A DNA stretch of 64,000 nt from Lophium mytilinum. Taxonomy: Eukaryota. The position numbers and the translations under genes were made by a program. The DNA lies in contig MU004190.1 of NCBI GenBank assembly GCA_010093605.1, positions 248,001 through 312,000 on the forward strand, written 5' to 3'. The stretch's first letter is position 1. Each line of letters opens with the position of its first letter. Positions 35,338 through 47,964 of this stretch are shown piece after piece. The notes under the pieces were generated by a model that made no database searches, was not told the DNA's origin, and saw nothing but the letters and a program-made list of their open reading frames with translations.

Positions 35338-36198
35338 TCACATGCAGGCCTCCTCCCAATACTTCTTCACCACAAGTCTCAGATTTTCGTCCGAGAAAGT
35401 TCTCATCCCCATGTCCACCACCTTCGCTCTGGACCTCCTCGTCGTCTCTGCCTCCCCCGTCTTCCCATTGCGCCCAACGTGCTCAACCAGCTCCCGCTTC
35501 ACAATACACCCTTCAACCGCCCAGCTAGGCACTGCCTCCTCATACACCACGCCTACATCCTTCATCATCTTTAGCACCTCCTCGCACCGCTTCCCATGCA
35601 GTTGTCGCGTACTAAAGAGCGTTCTCGCGAACGCGTTTACAGAATTCCTCACCGCGTCCCCACGACACCTCCATATCAAACAATTCACCGCCTCTTCTAC
35701 GCTCGGAACCCCAAACACTCTCGCGTCGAAATAAGCACTACCGAGCACCGTCTCTACATTCCGGACAGCCGGGTCCGGCATAGCAGCCACAGCCGCGGAA
35801 AGGTGCGCGTTGAACCGCACGCTCGTATATGCGGCGGCTAGGCTCCCTACTTTCTGCACTCGGTCGTTGAAGCAACCCAGCCCGCGTGGACATACTAGAG
35901 TTATCTCGTCGGACTGTGTGTATGCTATCGTAGCCGAGGGCAGGAAGTGGAGCAGATCGGCACATGTGTCGACCATTGCGGAGTGGATGCGCTCGTCGAA
36001 TGGACGCGCGAAATGGGCCGTGAATTTAGAGAAGGTGTGCCCGTCTAGGCGGAGTATCATTGGTGAGTCTGAGGGCATTCTGGTGTCCGTGACGGCTTCG
36101 TAGGTCTTCATGCGGGCTGCAAGGCTCAAACGAGGTAGGTCCAGTGGCGTCGCTTCTGGTGTTGAGGCTTGTGAGGCCGCTGTGAAACCCTCCATCAT
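35338..36198 (-). CDS. tRNA(His) guanylyltransferase family, Thg1-like protein (TLP type), intronless
   Basis: RMKTYE, LRLDGHTFSKFT..F.RPFD, AYTQSDEITL (catalytic Asp residues), FDARVF, WR..DAVRNS. Confidence 0.9.
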   Translation of the reverse strand: MMEGFTAASQASTPEATPLDLPRLSLAARMKTYEAVTDTRMPSDSPMILRLDGHTFSKFTAHFARPFDERIHSAMVDTCADLLHFLPSATIAYTQSDEITLVCPRGLGCFNDRVQKVGSLAAAYTSVRFNAHLSAAVAAMPDPAVRNVETVLGSAYFDARVFGVPSVEEAVNCLIWRCRGDAVRNSVNAFARTLFSTRQLHGKRCEEVLKMMKDVGVVYEEAVPSWAVEGCIVKRELVEHVGRNGKTGEAETTRRSRAKVVDMGMRTFSDENLRLVVKKYWEEACM

Positions 36199-36489
36199 TG
36201 CGAAGAAATGAGACGATGTGTTGCTCGGTGCGAGAGCAACGGACCAGGAGGTTAAGTAGGTTCGATGAACGTGAGTGACTCATTGAGGTAGTAAATCGGG
36301 CTGTGTGCAAATTAACGTCCGCATCTCAGCCTTGTCGTCATATAGGTTTGCTTCAATCATTGCGGGAGACCCAAAGTTGTTATATCATACTTTAACACAA
36401 ACTTAAACGCCTCCGAGAATACAACTAGGGAAGAAAGCACCTGATACGCGACGCCATTTTTTGAAGCTTTACGACCACATACAGTCTTG

Positions 36490-36732
36490 CATTACCTTGC
36501 ATATGGTAAATGCCTTCACCACCTATGCTGCATTAGCATTGGCCGCAAATGCCGTGTCGCGTTCCATTTTTGGCGCCGTTCTCCCACTTTTCGGTCAAAA
36601 GATGTGCGACACGCTTAGCCTGGGATGGGTGGATTCGCTCCTCGCCTTCGTTGCGCTGCTCATGTGTCCGATCGCTTGGGTCTTATATCGAAACGGTGGG
36701 TACATGCGGCTAAGGTGAAACCCTCGGCTGTA
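36490..36732 (+). pseudogene. C-terminal fragment of an MFS (DHA1-like) transporter
   Basis: AFTTYAALALAANAVSRSIFGAVLPLFGQKM...LGWVDSLLAFVALLMCPIAWVLYRNG matches the last MFS helices. No upstream helices visible. Confidence 0.75.
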
Positions 36733-37940
36733 GGGTAGAAGATAGGTAGGTTATGACTGCCTGCAGGAAGTGTAGCATTGAATCAGAGGATGGTCTGTGG
36801 GCCGTAAATCGGACGAAAGAAACCAATTGACGCGTCATCGGTATGGCGACTGCAGGGCCGTTGATATCTGATATCATGGGATAGATGTATAGCGATGTTG
36901 ATGTGGCGATCCTGGGATTCTTGCTTACACGGAAGAAGGAGCCACTGTGGACGGTGGATGAGGTTCAGGGGCGGCAAGATGCGGTACTCGAGGTGAGGCT
37001 GCGAACTTCATTCGGCCTTGATTGATATATACAGCCATTCTTTGCATCCGGTGACCCAGTGCTAAAATCAAGCGACAAAATTACCGTATGAGGTAACGAT
37101 TCCGGACGCCTTTGGGGAGGATTAACAGCTCGTTAGCCAATGATTCTTCAAAAAAGGAGATTTACACGGGTCGATTCAACCTCCGCGCGCTAGGTCATCG
37201 GACGCAAAGAGAGGCAGTGTTTAACGGAGTAGTATAGTGCGGAGCTTTTGGTTAGGACCAAAGAAAAACGAGCTCCCTGGAAAGGTTTGTACTACCAGCA
37301 GTATTGTATTTTGATTGGGTATTCTAAAGGCTTCAGGCGAGGCTGGCGGATTTGGCAATCTCATCCACCACCCGCATCACTGACTCCAACTGCAATGCCG
37401 CCACTCAACGATTCTCGGATTCCAGTTCCCAAACAGCTTCGCCACATTCAAGTCATGCCCGCCTCCAAAGCTAGCAGCCTTTGTTGCGATCCAGACTCAA
37501 TGAGATGCATACGCCCCGAGGCTGAGCAAGCCATTGTCTCAGCCTTGTGGTTGATGCTTCCTTCTGCTTGCGTCTACAGCCTATGGCCGCATATCGTGGG
37601 TAGCGTATCCCGTAGATGCCGCGTAATGAGAGGCTTTTCGACCCTACAGAGGCTAAGAATATCTTTTATCAGCTTTCAGCACCTCAGCTTCTAGTATTGT
37701 TGCCACCCCCACGATAATTACAACATGCGGGCAGAGGCTGAAGGGTCCCATAATCAAGACTACCCGCCGGGGACTACAAGGCTGTCGCATAACATTACAA
37801 AGAGGCATTCTCTCGACCTCGCGCTGTCGAGTACTCTTGAAATTTTCGCCGATGAATTCTAGCCTCTAAGATCGATCTTCCCCTTTTGCACACCCAGTAC
37901 GGTCAACATCGCTACTCCCGAAAGTGCTTCCGCGCTCAAG

Positions 37941-40573
37941 ATGAGCACTGATATTGGACAAGAGTCGGCACCGATCGTCTCAGCTTTCGTCCCATTACCG
38001 CTCAGTCAAGATGAACGACACTCGTACGCAGCAACAGCCGGTATCCGTCAGAGTGGAGAGGAAGTTAATACAGATGACTCTACGGGCCCCGAGGCGAAAG
38101 GGATTAACCAGCCGTTAAGCCTTGGACCGGGCACTCACGACGTGAGAGATGATATTGCAATCACTCGCAGGCTTCCAGATGAGGGAGAAGCCCGTCTATC
38201 TGCTCTTACATCTACGTCATCCTCTGACGACTCCGTTCTTCGCGACACAACGTTCGGCCGGATTGAGTTGCTATCTCCTTGGTTTCCAGAAGTCGACCCT
38301 GAACACAAAAGAGCCCGCACCTGGCGAACATGGCATTCGAAGCGCGAAGTGGTTCTCTAGACGGGCTTTATAACGTCGGCTTTTGTCCTCACGGCTAATG
38401 TAGTCTGCCTCGTAGTCTTTCACGTTAAATACGGCAGCAAATCGAATAGAGGCGTCATTCCTATATACAACGGCGATTGCAACTGGGTAAAGAATGCCGG
38501 CATATTTTCGCATATTTGCATTAATATTCTTTCAACGCTACTCCTTGGTGCATCGAACCTTTGTATGCAACTGTTGGCTGCGCCCACGAGAGACGAAGTG
38601 AACAGGGCGCATCGGAAAAAAGTCTGGCTGGATATTGGGGCTCCGAGTCTGAGGAACTTGAAATACATCGCAAAGAGTCGGAGGATTCTGTGGTTCTGCT
38701 TGGGGCTGAGTTCTATTCCTATCCATTTTATGTAAGTCACATCGGGATGGGTTCTTAACATGCCTGACCTTGCTACAAAGGCTGACATATTCGATCCAGG
38801 TACAATTCCGCGATCTCTACTTCCATTCCCCTGTACGGATACGTCACTATCGTTGCAAGTGAGAACTTTTTACACGGCGCGGATATTGGAAACTGGACCG
38901 AGATAACGAGTGCGGGCGTTGACCCAGTTCGGAACAGAGTGCCTAATATAGACACGTGGAATAGCTCGCAAGAGTTTGAAAAGATCCAAGCGAATGCCCC
39001 AGATATTTCTATCTTTGAGAAGCTTTCCAATCGAGACTGCGTCGAAAAGTACGCCAAGATCTACGGAGCCAGAACCAGTCTCGTTGTGATCACAGAAGCT
39101 CTCCCGGAAGATCGAAACGCTTCGGTACATCAATACATATTCTGGCCTGCGAAGTTTGACTTTGGAAGCCGGTATAACCCCTGCACTGGTCTTTACAACC
39201 TTCAAGAGGGCGACTACCAGCGCACGAACCCTAGTTGCCGCCACGTGTCGTCAAACACGCAAGCGGATTACGACAACTGGCACAGGTTCAACCGAACGGT
39301 CCTTTATTGCTTGAGTGAGAAGCTGCATGGCAGCCATTGTAGTATTAACTATGCACCCAGCATTTTTTTAGGTAATTATTCTGACCCATTTGAAAACGCC
39401 CTACTAACCGTTGCCAACAAATAGCAATTTGTTGCTTTAGTACGCTGAAATGTGTGTGCATCCTAGCAACTCTATCACATAAGCAACCAACTCTAAGCAC
39501 ACTCGGCGATGCCATAGCATCATTTCTGGAGGATCCTGATGACGCATCTGCTCATATGGGACCTGTCACTAAAGTTATGTTCAAAAGCCGCAAATCTCGT
39601 GTCTGGACGGAGCCGAGTCCGCTTCTATGGCTTCCTAGGCCCCTGCGTTGGTATTCAGGACCAAGCGCAAGGCGATGGATCTTTACAATTACTGTGTAAG
39701 AGCACTCTCTCATTCCAACTTTTATTCTCGTCCTAGGCTAGCCGCTGGCTATTTGTTAGTGCCTTTCCTCCGGGACTCACCTTATTCCATTTACAGACAC
39801 TGTTCTCACAATGCACAGGTATACGCTTGCAATAAGTGGAGCATTAGCTTCGGTCATTCCTGGAATCCACGGCACGAAAGCCCGGAGCGGGAAGGGGGTT
39901 TCCTGGGAAATGAAGCAAAATATTGGCCGCGCGGATTCAGATTCTTTCAACGGATACTCCTTGCCGAAATACGTACGTCCCCCAGTATCAAAAAAAGAAA
40001 ACTCTTGTCTTACCGGGCAGTAGGGAACGTTAGCCTTTATTGAAAACGTTATTTGGGCAAATATGTGGCAGGTAATCCTCCTACTTTATATCGTTGCCTT
40101 ATAAATACGGTATCCCCCTCATGGCCGCCAACGCAACTATGCACTGGTTGTTATCCGAAAGCGTGTTTATCATTAGCACGGTTGCATACCTGCCGAACTA
40201 CGTGGAAGATCCGGGGAACTCGTATACAGTTTCGGGGTATAGCAACAGTGCTACTGTTATATGTCCGTATCTCCTCCCATGAGTCGTCGTGCAACTATCT
40301 AACTCAACCCCAGCGATATGCTTTGGCGCAGGTATAGTGCTTACCCTCCTGCTCGTGTCTTGCAAACGAATCTCGCATGATATTCCACTGGCATCAACGT
40401 ACAGCATCGCGATTAGCGCGGCATGTCATCGCCCGCAAGAGGATAAGGAGGCGAGTCTCCTGCCTGTCCAATGGGGCGTCATTACATCCGGCAACCAAAC
40501 TCCTGTTCGGTGCGCTTTTACGACCCTCAGAACGGTCAGACCCCCGCAAGCTGGGGACGAGATTGGTGGGTAG
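37941..40573 (+). pseudogene. DUF6536-like multi-exon membrane protein with premature stop
   Basis: INILSTLLLGASNLCMQLLAAPTRDEVNRAH..WLDIGAPSLRNL, TLGDAIASFL, LPYKYGIPL..HWLLSESVF, SIAISAACH and VQWG motifs. In-frame TAG at 38358 lies before the domain, and 39700-40080 looks degenerate. Confidence 0.7.
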
Positions 40574-41152
40574 CGAGCAGCTTGCGAGATGGAGTGGGAA
40601 GAAGTGAAGACCTCGAGAGTGAAGAGGGCCTGGGAGAAGCTGTGGAAGCTTAGGCCGTGGAGCCGCCGGAAAGATGAGTAATATGATGTGGTTTATGCTA
40701 CCCTAGAAGGACTTCGCGGAATCATTCAAACGTCGCACTGTTTTGATAGCTCGCATGTGATGCGTGAAGCTTTTAGAAACACCGCATTTATACCGCTGAT
40801 TCGGAGGTGATGAAGGGAGTCAATCACTCGAATTAGCCGCGTCCGGTGCCGGTTCAATGCCGGTAGGCCAATCACGAAGATGCAACCCTGGAGGAAGATA
40901 CTAGTAAGGAACAGTTTATGCTTCAGAAGACGTCGGCGAAGGATGTAAATTGGAGTAATTCGCTGACGGATGAGTGGATACGAGTCCATTCCAGTGCTAG
41001 GGCACGCGCCGGGAGCAGAGAAGGGTAGTCTATTACAGACAGGGCATCGAAATCGAGAAAGAAGGAGGAAACATCACAAGACGTAATGGAGAAGGGTAAA
41101 TGTAGTTTTCGAAGCCGCTGCCTTGAGCAGGTTGAACAATACCCTATACCGT

Positions 41153-43365
41153 TCAAACCATCCAGCCCATGCTCGACCCAGTCGCATCCCAACCATCACT
41201 CAGCCCTAGGTCTAAATCTCCCCAAAGCTCATCGTTCAGCGAAAAGTCCGGTGCTGCGGAGAAGGTAGGCAAAGCGGAAATTGGGTCCAAAGCCGGAGTA
41301 GGCGTAGCGTGGAATCCGGCAGCCGTACTCGAGGGTATAATTGTCCCTAGTCCACCGTTAGTCAATGTATGCTTGACAGCAAAAGAAGGCGGGCGAAAAA
41401 CGTACCAGTATCGTTGCCAGGCGCAGGATGCGTGCATTCATGATCAAAGAATTCCTCCTTCCAGCATCTCATCGCATCATGCAATATTCCACCCGAAAGA
41501 CGGTTTCTCACCCGAAGAGTTATATTGATCGATCCATCGGGGTTACGAAACACTTTCTCGCTCTTCCAGATCTGCTCCGCAAACGCTGCACTTTTCTCAG
41601 CGTAGTCCCCTTTCTGGGCAGAACAAGACCGTGCGAAACGAACTCCAGTGCGAAACAAATCGAACCCGCGACTGTGGTCGAGATATCCTGCGAATGGGCC
41701 CTTGAGGATGCGAGCCATACTGGCCAAGCTTAGATGTGTGGTTGCCAGAAGAAACCGGGTGCATATTTGGTGTAGGCCATAGTCTCTGTCAAGGTCGCGG
41801 ATTTTCTCCAGGACACTTGATGTGGCGTTGAAGATCAATATGCAGGATTGCACGTCCAGAGTGGTTGCAGACTTGTAAAAATGCATTACGACGAGATCTT
41901 GACGAGCAGAGGCTATGTAGAGGCGGTCCCAGACTGAGCGAATATTAGCATAAGGAATCGCACGGTGTACTTTAGTCCCTACTCGATTGCGAAAGATTTT
42001 CTAAGCTGTCTAGTTCTGCGTTGAATCCCTTCAAAAGCGCGTCCATTGTACGCTCTTGCTGCGGTGTCATTGAGAGAAGCCCGAGCTCTAGTAATGCTTT
42101 ATGGGCGCGAGTGATTACGTTGCTAATCTGAATTTGTATTCTTAATGTCGCTGGTAGCTTCTCCAGTAAGGCTTTGAAGTGTATTTGCTCATTATAGATC
42201 TCGTACGAGACCAAGCTTGCTTGTCCACTACCAAAGCACGTCCTGATGATCCCGATTAATGATGGTGGTTGTGGAATCAGAGTTAAATAGTGTACCTTTG
42301 GTATGTACTGACGATATATACCCACATCTCTGCTCTGCGTACGGGTTCTTGTTCAGGTAATTTAAGGCATTTCTTTGAAAACTCTTGACTGAAAGTAGGT
42401 GTATGTAGACCGCATTGCATCGCCATCTGAATCAGAGTGCCCCCAAGGAGGAAAGATGGATCGCGATAGAACGGACCGGAGGGAAACGGCCAATTGAGAA
42501 GGAGCATCAGTGCTTTCATACGCTCTATGGGTTTACTCCGAACGATTATAGACTGGACAGCTAGTTGAGTTACTGGTAGAGCTAAGGCTTGATTTAGGGT
42601 AGGTTGTCGGGCATATCTTCGAGATCCGATGGAAACGATGACCCAGAACAAGAATTGAGAATGTCGATAGAATGCATTTGGGGTTATGCTACGATCGAGA
42701 ATTGGGAGGATGGAATGATAGTCTTTGAAGTATCTGCGTCGCATCAAAAGATGATTGATCGAGATCGAGAAGCGAGACAACCTACAGTTCAAAGCAGTCA
42801 TCAATAATGCCAGAAGCAAGCTCCAGTCCGTCAATAGTCCTCGAAAGTGTTACGTCATCATGGGAAGATGGTTCATTACGACGCATCACTTTAGCAGCGG
42901 GAATCTGCGAGACATGCGAATTCTCTTCCTGGCGTGGAGTTGGAGCATCTTCAACGGGAAGCGCATCGCCAGGCGCTGCCAGAGAAGCAGACAAAAGCTG
43001 GTGTTTCAAGGCAGCAGTCTCTTCCTCAAGCTCCTGTAATCGTCTACACGGTAGACACTATTAGATCTATGGCAATTTCAGGAGCGGTTGGATGACGGCC
43101 GGCATACTTCCGCTTATGCGTCCTTTTGAAAGGAGCCGAAAAGATGCATGGGATCTTCAAGCGGCGGCAGCGCGAGCAAGCTAGCGGTTCTAGGCTACTT
43201 GCATCGCTTTCGCATCGCATCTGTTTTAGATGTTAGTTTTCATGGAGGGAGAAATGACAAACGGCCGCATGCTTTCTGTCAGACCTTTTGCTGTCTGCAT
43301 TCTGCGCATGCTGGTTTCTTTCGGACTGATGCGGATAGGGCATGTTGAGGTGGACTAGCTTCCAT
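41153..43365 (-). CDS. Zn(II)2Cys6 transcription factor (SEF1/LEU3-like layout), multi-exon
   Basis: ACAECRQQK|MRCESD...CSRCRRLKIPC across an intron, followed by the fungal TF middle region (YFKDYHSILPILD, LFWVIVSIGSR, AMQCGLH). Confidence 0.88.
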
Positions 43366-44412
43366 TCTGCTAGTATGGATTTCGAATTGAGTAATAGGAG
43401 CCCGTTCATAAGTAGTTTTGATGAAACGAAGAAAAGGAAGAATCGTAAGTCTCGCTAGCCGCTTCCGTACTGGCGCGAGGTGCGGTTTAAGCGATATCCT
43501 TTGCCAACGCCTTCCCTGACCTCTTCCAAGGTTCCCTTTCAGCCTTGTAACTGTTCGTCGCCAGCCGGCCGTTGGTATCGGTTCCACGACGACGTTTAAA
43601 ATATGTATCCAGGCAAATGATACGGGTGTCCCTGCCGGACTTTGATCAGGACGAAAGCGGGGCAGCGATGAATATTGCCGGCCATAGATGCGCTCCGAAA
43701 GCACGTAAACTTCCTCATGTCCCTTGGTCCTTCGCCGATAGCAATGTAGTAAGATCTCGATCGAAGCCTGGTCGCTAGAAGGACTGTGGAGAGTTCACTA
43801 TTAGCAGTATACCAATCTTTCCCCAGATCCTTCGCAGAGGCACGGCGTTAGAATATAGTAGTATCCGACCCGAGAATCGGCTTATTCGCAAGAAAGTTGA
43901 TGGCATATGGTGCGAGTGTGTCCTGTCCTGATTGGGGCTATCCTGGCTGTGCTAGCTTGCTCAGGGAGACGGAAGCTTGTCTTCCCGTGTTTTCAGCATG
44001 CAGGTAGACACGTTCGGTGAACGAGCCCGGAGATCAACCCACGAAAGTCAGCCACAAAGCCGGATCGGTTGGAAAGTAACGCGTTGCGATATCTTGTTTT
44101 TGGCAGATCCAACTCAGCCTTGGTAAAAATAAGTCCAGAAAAGGACTTCCTCCGTTCAAATCCCAGTTATTCCACTTATACTTCAAATATGTGCTATTCT
44201 AGTTCACCGGAAATGTCTACGGCCCCTGCAAGCAACATGCCCCTCCGCACACCTCATCCCCCAAAACCCTTTTTCCACCATGCTCCCCGAAACCCCGTCC
44301 TACTTCGGTAGAGTCATCTATAGCGAGTGGTCTAATTGTCAACTAGACGCTGATTTCAAACGCAAAAGCCACTGGACCTGAAATACCTAGCCCGAGTACA
44401 TTGGACCCTACA

Positions 44413-45350
44413 ATGGATTCAGCCTTGTCCGCGGAAGTATCGAAACGCGATGTAGAAGCAATTCAAAAGCAAAGCCGAATGCCAACTCCAGCTACGACAG
44501 ATTATAGCACTGAGCCATGCTCCAGTCAACGCAACCAACGTCAACGTGGAAATACTGAGCCCGCATCGCCCGACAATCCATCGTCTTCCAAGAACACGCT
44601 AGAGAAGCCCGGGCTCCTAGCTCGCGCAACGAATGACACATGGTTCTGGGAGATCATGAGTCTCCTCTTCAGCATATCATGCCTCGTCGTCGTCGGCGTC
44701 ATCCTCGACGTTTACGATGACCAGACATTGCCGAGTTTGCCATCCGGCATTACCCTCAACACATTAATATCGCTGCTCTCGACTTTCATGGCTTCGGCTT
44801 TGATTGTACCGGTTACCTCTAGTATCTCATAGTTGAAGTGGCTTTGGTTTACTACGAGACGTGGAGGAAGTGGAGGTAGCGGTCGCCGGCTGGCCGATTT
44901 TGAAGAGTTTGACATAGCGAGTAGAGGACCATTCGGGTGCCTGTTGTTCCTGAAGACAGCGTGGAAATCGTAACTTAGCACCCTGTCCAGTGGTGGTCGT
45001 AGATTGCTCAAGAATTCAAATGCTAAACCGCTCGCCATTACTGGAGTTCTAATCACGATCGGCTCCCTTGGAATCCAACCAATGCTCCAGCAATCTATTA
45101 CATACCCCGTTAAATATGTAAGCGTTGGCACTGCCAGCGTTGCGCGAGCTATCAATTATACGCAGTGGTCTCCTTCAGCAATGGGTGCGGACGATATGGG
45201 TGACGGTATTTCTGACCGTAGGGGTGAGCTCCGATGCATCCTCCCATATTTATATTCAGTCCTAGCACTCACTCTGCTCAAATGCAGGCGACATGGTCGT
45301 ATCGATGAAAGCCTCTGTATTGCCTTCTTCTATGGTGCTTTGTCCTTGAA
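44413..45350 (+). pseudogene. DUF3176-like membrane protein, nonsense-disrupted and 3'-truncated
   Basis: WFWEIMS...ITLNTLIS...SSIS*LKWLWF...LADFEEFDIASRGPFG. TAG at 44830 replaces the usual Gln of SQLKW, and recognisable coding sequence fades after ~45350. Confidence 0.75.
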
Positions 45351-45628
45351 GCTAAATAGCCGGCCATACAGGGTCATGGTGAGTGTATTATGGCGGTGGA
45401 GGATAAAGTTGTAATTGCTTGTGTACACCGCCCTACTTAGAGAGAGCATGTAGAATCGATGAGCGATGTAAGTGATCGAATTCGAGGCTACAGAGCATTT
45501 ACGGGGGGGGTATGCAACTATGAAAAAAGGGGTGTGCAGATACTTGTGCTATGTAGGAGCTATTTACTTAAGTAACTAGGACAATGAATGACTTATTAGC
45601 TAAAGCTAAAATGACGTTGTTCGAGGCA

Positions 45629-47532
45629 TCAAAGTTCGCCATGCAGGATAGCACTAAAGTGCTGCTCTAGTCGTGTCAACCTTCAAAGGATCGTTAGTAA
45701 GACACGTAATCACGAGCGACTCCCAGGGCAAGGACTTACTGCTCAATGACTACACGGTTGAAATGACTGTCGATATTCACCACGCTCGTCGCGTACAGAC
45801 TCCCAGTCAGACAGACCTTGACCAGGTCCCTATACGGGCGACCGAACGGAATATTCTCAATCTCCACGAGCACCTCGCCCTCTGTTGGGAGCTGGTCGGT
45901 GAATATCTCCCGGTACTGCAACCCCCTCCCAAGCTCGAAGAGTACAATACCGAGCCTGTGGAAGAGCGTCGCCAGTCTCACATCTCTCGCCCCGAGCAGA
46001 GACTGCGGGAGCTGATTCTTCTTCAAGCAGTCAAAGGGCGTGGCTGCGAGATCGGTCTGCGACGCGAGGGCGGATACGTAAGGTGAAATGCCGTTGCGTT
46101 CGTCGTACTGGCTGTTCGCGGAGCCGAAGAAGTAGAAGTCGTTCGTTTCGAACTGCTCGGAGATCCAGCCTGTCTCGTAGAGATGCAGGACGGAGATCGC
46201 GATGATACATGCGAGCTGTAGCCGCTTCCAGCAAGCGACGAGGGGAGGCACGCCGACTTGTGCTTTCAGAAGCTCGGCGAATGAGCAGCGGGAGAAGGCC
46301 TTTGCGATCAGAGGCGAGAAGGTAGTTGCGCCTGTTATCCCGTGGATGACGATCGTGGTGTGCTGGCTCTTGAAGAGTAGGGAGGCGGGAGGCTCGTTTG
46401 GCTTTAGCTGCTTCGTCTTGATGGCGGCGACAATTTCTTCGAACGTATTGGTCTTTTCCAGGGGAAGGACTGGCGTGGTTATCGCCGACGAGTAGATAGC
46501 TTCTGCGAGGAGCACGAATGGCTCTTCCACGTCCTTGCTGCTAGAAACTAGGAGAGGGAACTTAAACGAGCGGTCCGTTTGGTCAACGTAGTCCACCGGA
46601 CCAAACACACGCTCGAAATAGCCGGAGTCGGCTCGTTCTTTCTCGAGTTTGAAGTCGAGATTATGGCCGTTAGGGACTTGAAGCGCTGTATAGAGAGCTC
46701 TTGCTGCTGCCCGTATGCTACTTGAGCTATCCGGTTTGTTGCCCGCTGCAGATTTGGTCGTCCTGTCAGTTTCACACTGAGTAGAAATTGTTTGTAGAAG
46801 GGCGAGCCAATTATCGATATCGTTGACGAGAGATCTCAACTCTTCCTTGAGCGAGATGGACCATTTGAACTTCGTCCCCGGGCTAAGCTTCTGCTGTAGT
46901 ACCTCTTGAGCGAGCTTGGTTTTTGCTGCAGTCTCATCCGCTGGACCTTCCGCTGTCGACGCAATGCTTAGGTTTCTCTTCTTCTTCCAGATCCCGTTAG
47001 GATCTGAAACAGATAATCGCTTGTACCAACGCGGATTCGATTCTGGTTTCTTTTGCGTTTGTGGCTTCGATGACGGCGAACTACGGCCTGACACGCTAGG
47101 ACTTCGGCTGACAGAGTTTGAGGAAGTTTCTTTCATGGGACTCGGCGGTAGAGATTGCTGACTTGGCCCTTTCTCTATCGATGTGTCTCCTTCAAAATTG
47201 TCGAGGTCGATAGATCGTAACGTTCGAAAGGCTTCCCCAAACTTGACATTGAGCTGGGCGAGGCACTTCAACGCCATTTCACAACCCTCTTCGCCCCAGA
47301 GGTCTTTGAAGCCGTCCTCGAGGTTGTCTTTATGTCGCTGCCGAGCTTTCGTATTCCATGTTCTCTGCCATAATTCAAGCGTGTACTTCTGCGCTTCTAA
47401 CCTTTGAGTTGCGTTGACTAGCTGTTTCCCAGCCTGACTAGAATCGCGGAACAATCTGGCTAGCGTTGTCCCATTTTTAATTGCCAAATCGACAAATCCA
47501 ATGGCAGAGATGACCAAGCCTGCAACCTCCAT
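45629..47532 (-). CDS. HeLo/HET-s N-terminal-like domain plus kinase-like (DUF7580-like) C-terminal domain, 2 exons
   Basis: MEVAGLVISAIG hydrophobic start; RLEAQKYTLELW; KFKWSISLKEELRSLVNDID (HeLo-like end); RLQLACIIAISVLHLYETGWI...FYFF...PY...RLGIVLFELG. Last exon ...LTRLEQHFSAILHGEL. Confidence 0.75.
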
Positions 47533-47964
47533 TCTCCGGGCTGTTTAAAGTTTGTTCACGTCGGAGGGGTGGTGAGAGATATTCGCAGAGATGAGATGCG
47601 GGGCAAAGGTTTCCTACTCTAGGTACAAACTTAAAAAGCAAGCTGAGAAGCCTTACTATCGTTCTATGAAAACAAAGTATTTCTAAAAAAGTAAGTAAAC
47701 CTAAGTAATACGCAAAATATTGAGAGGGATTTAAGTATCAAATAATTCTATTATAAAGTATATAGAGCTTTAAAGATATGTTAAGGGATAGTTCAAGTGC
47801 CCACTAAGTAATGGGAGTCGACTCCCTATAAACCTAGCCATTGTTGGAACGACAGCAAGCCTCATGCGGGGTAATCGCGCGAAGATAGACCTCTGGACGC
47901 TTGGAACATTCATAATAGCCCACTAGGATACCATCCACAGTAACTAGCGACACTCGTAGTCAGA

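Noticed and set aside
47620..47800. AT-rich island between the HeLo-like and Rho-fusion genes
   Set aside because: Probably a short RIP-degraded fragment or promoter DNA; no termini or coding remnant identifiable.
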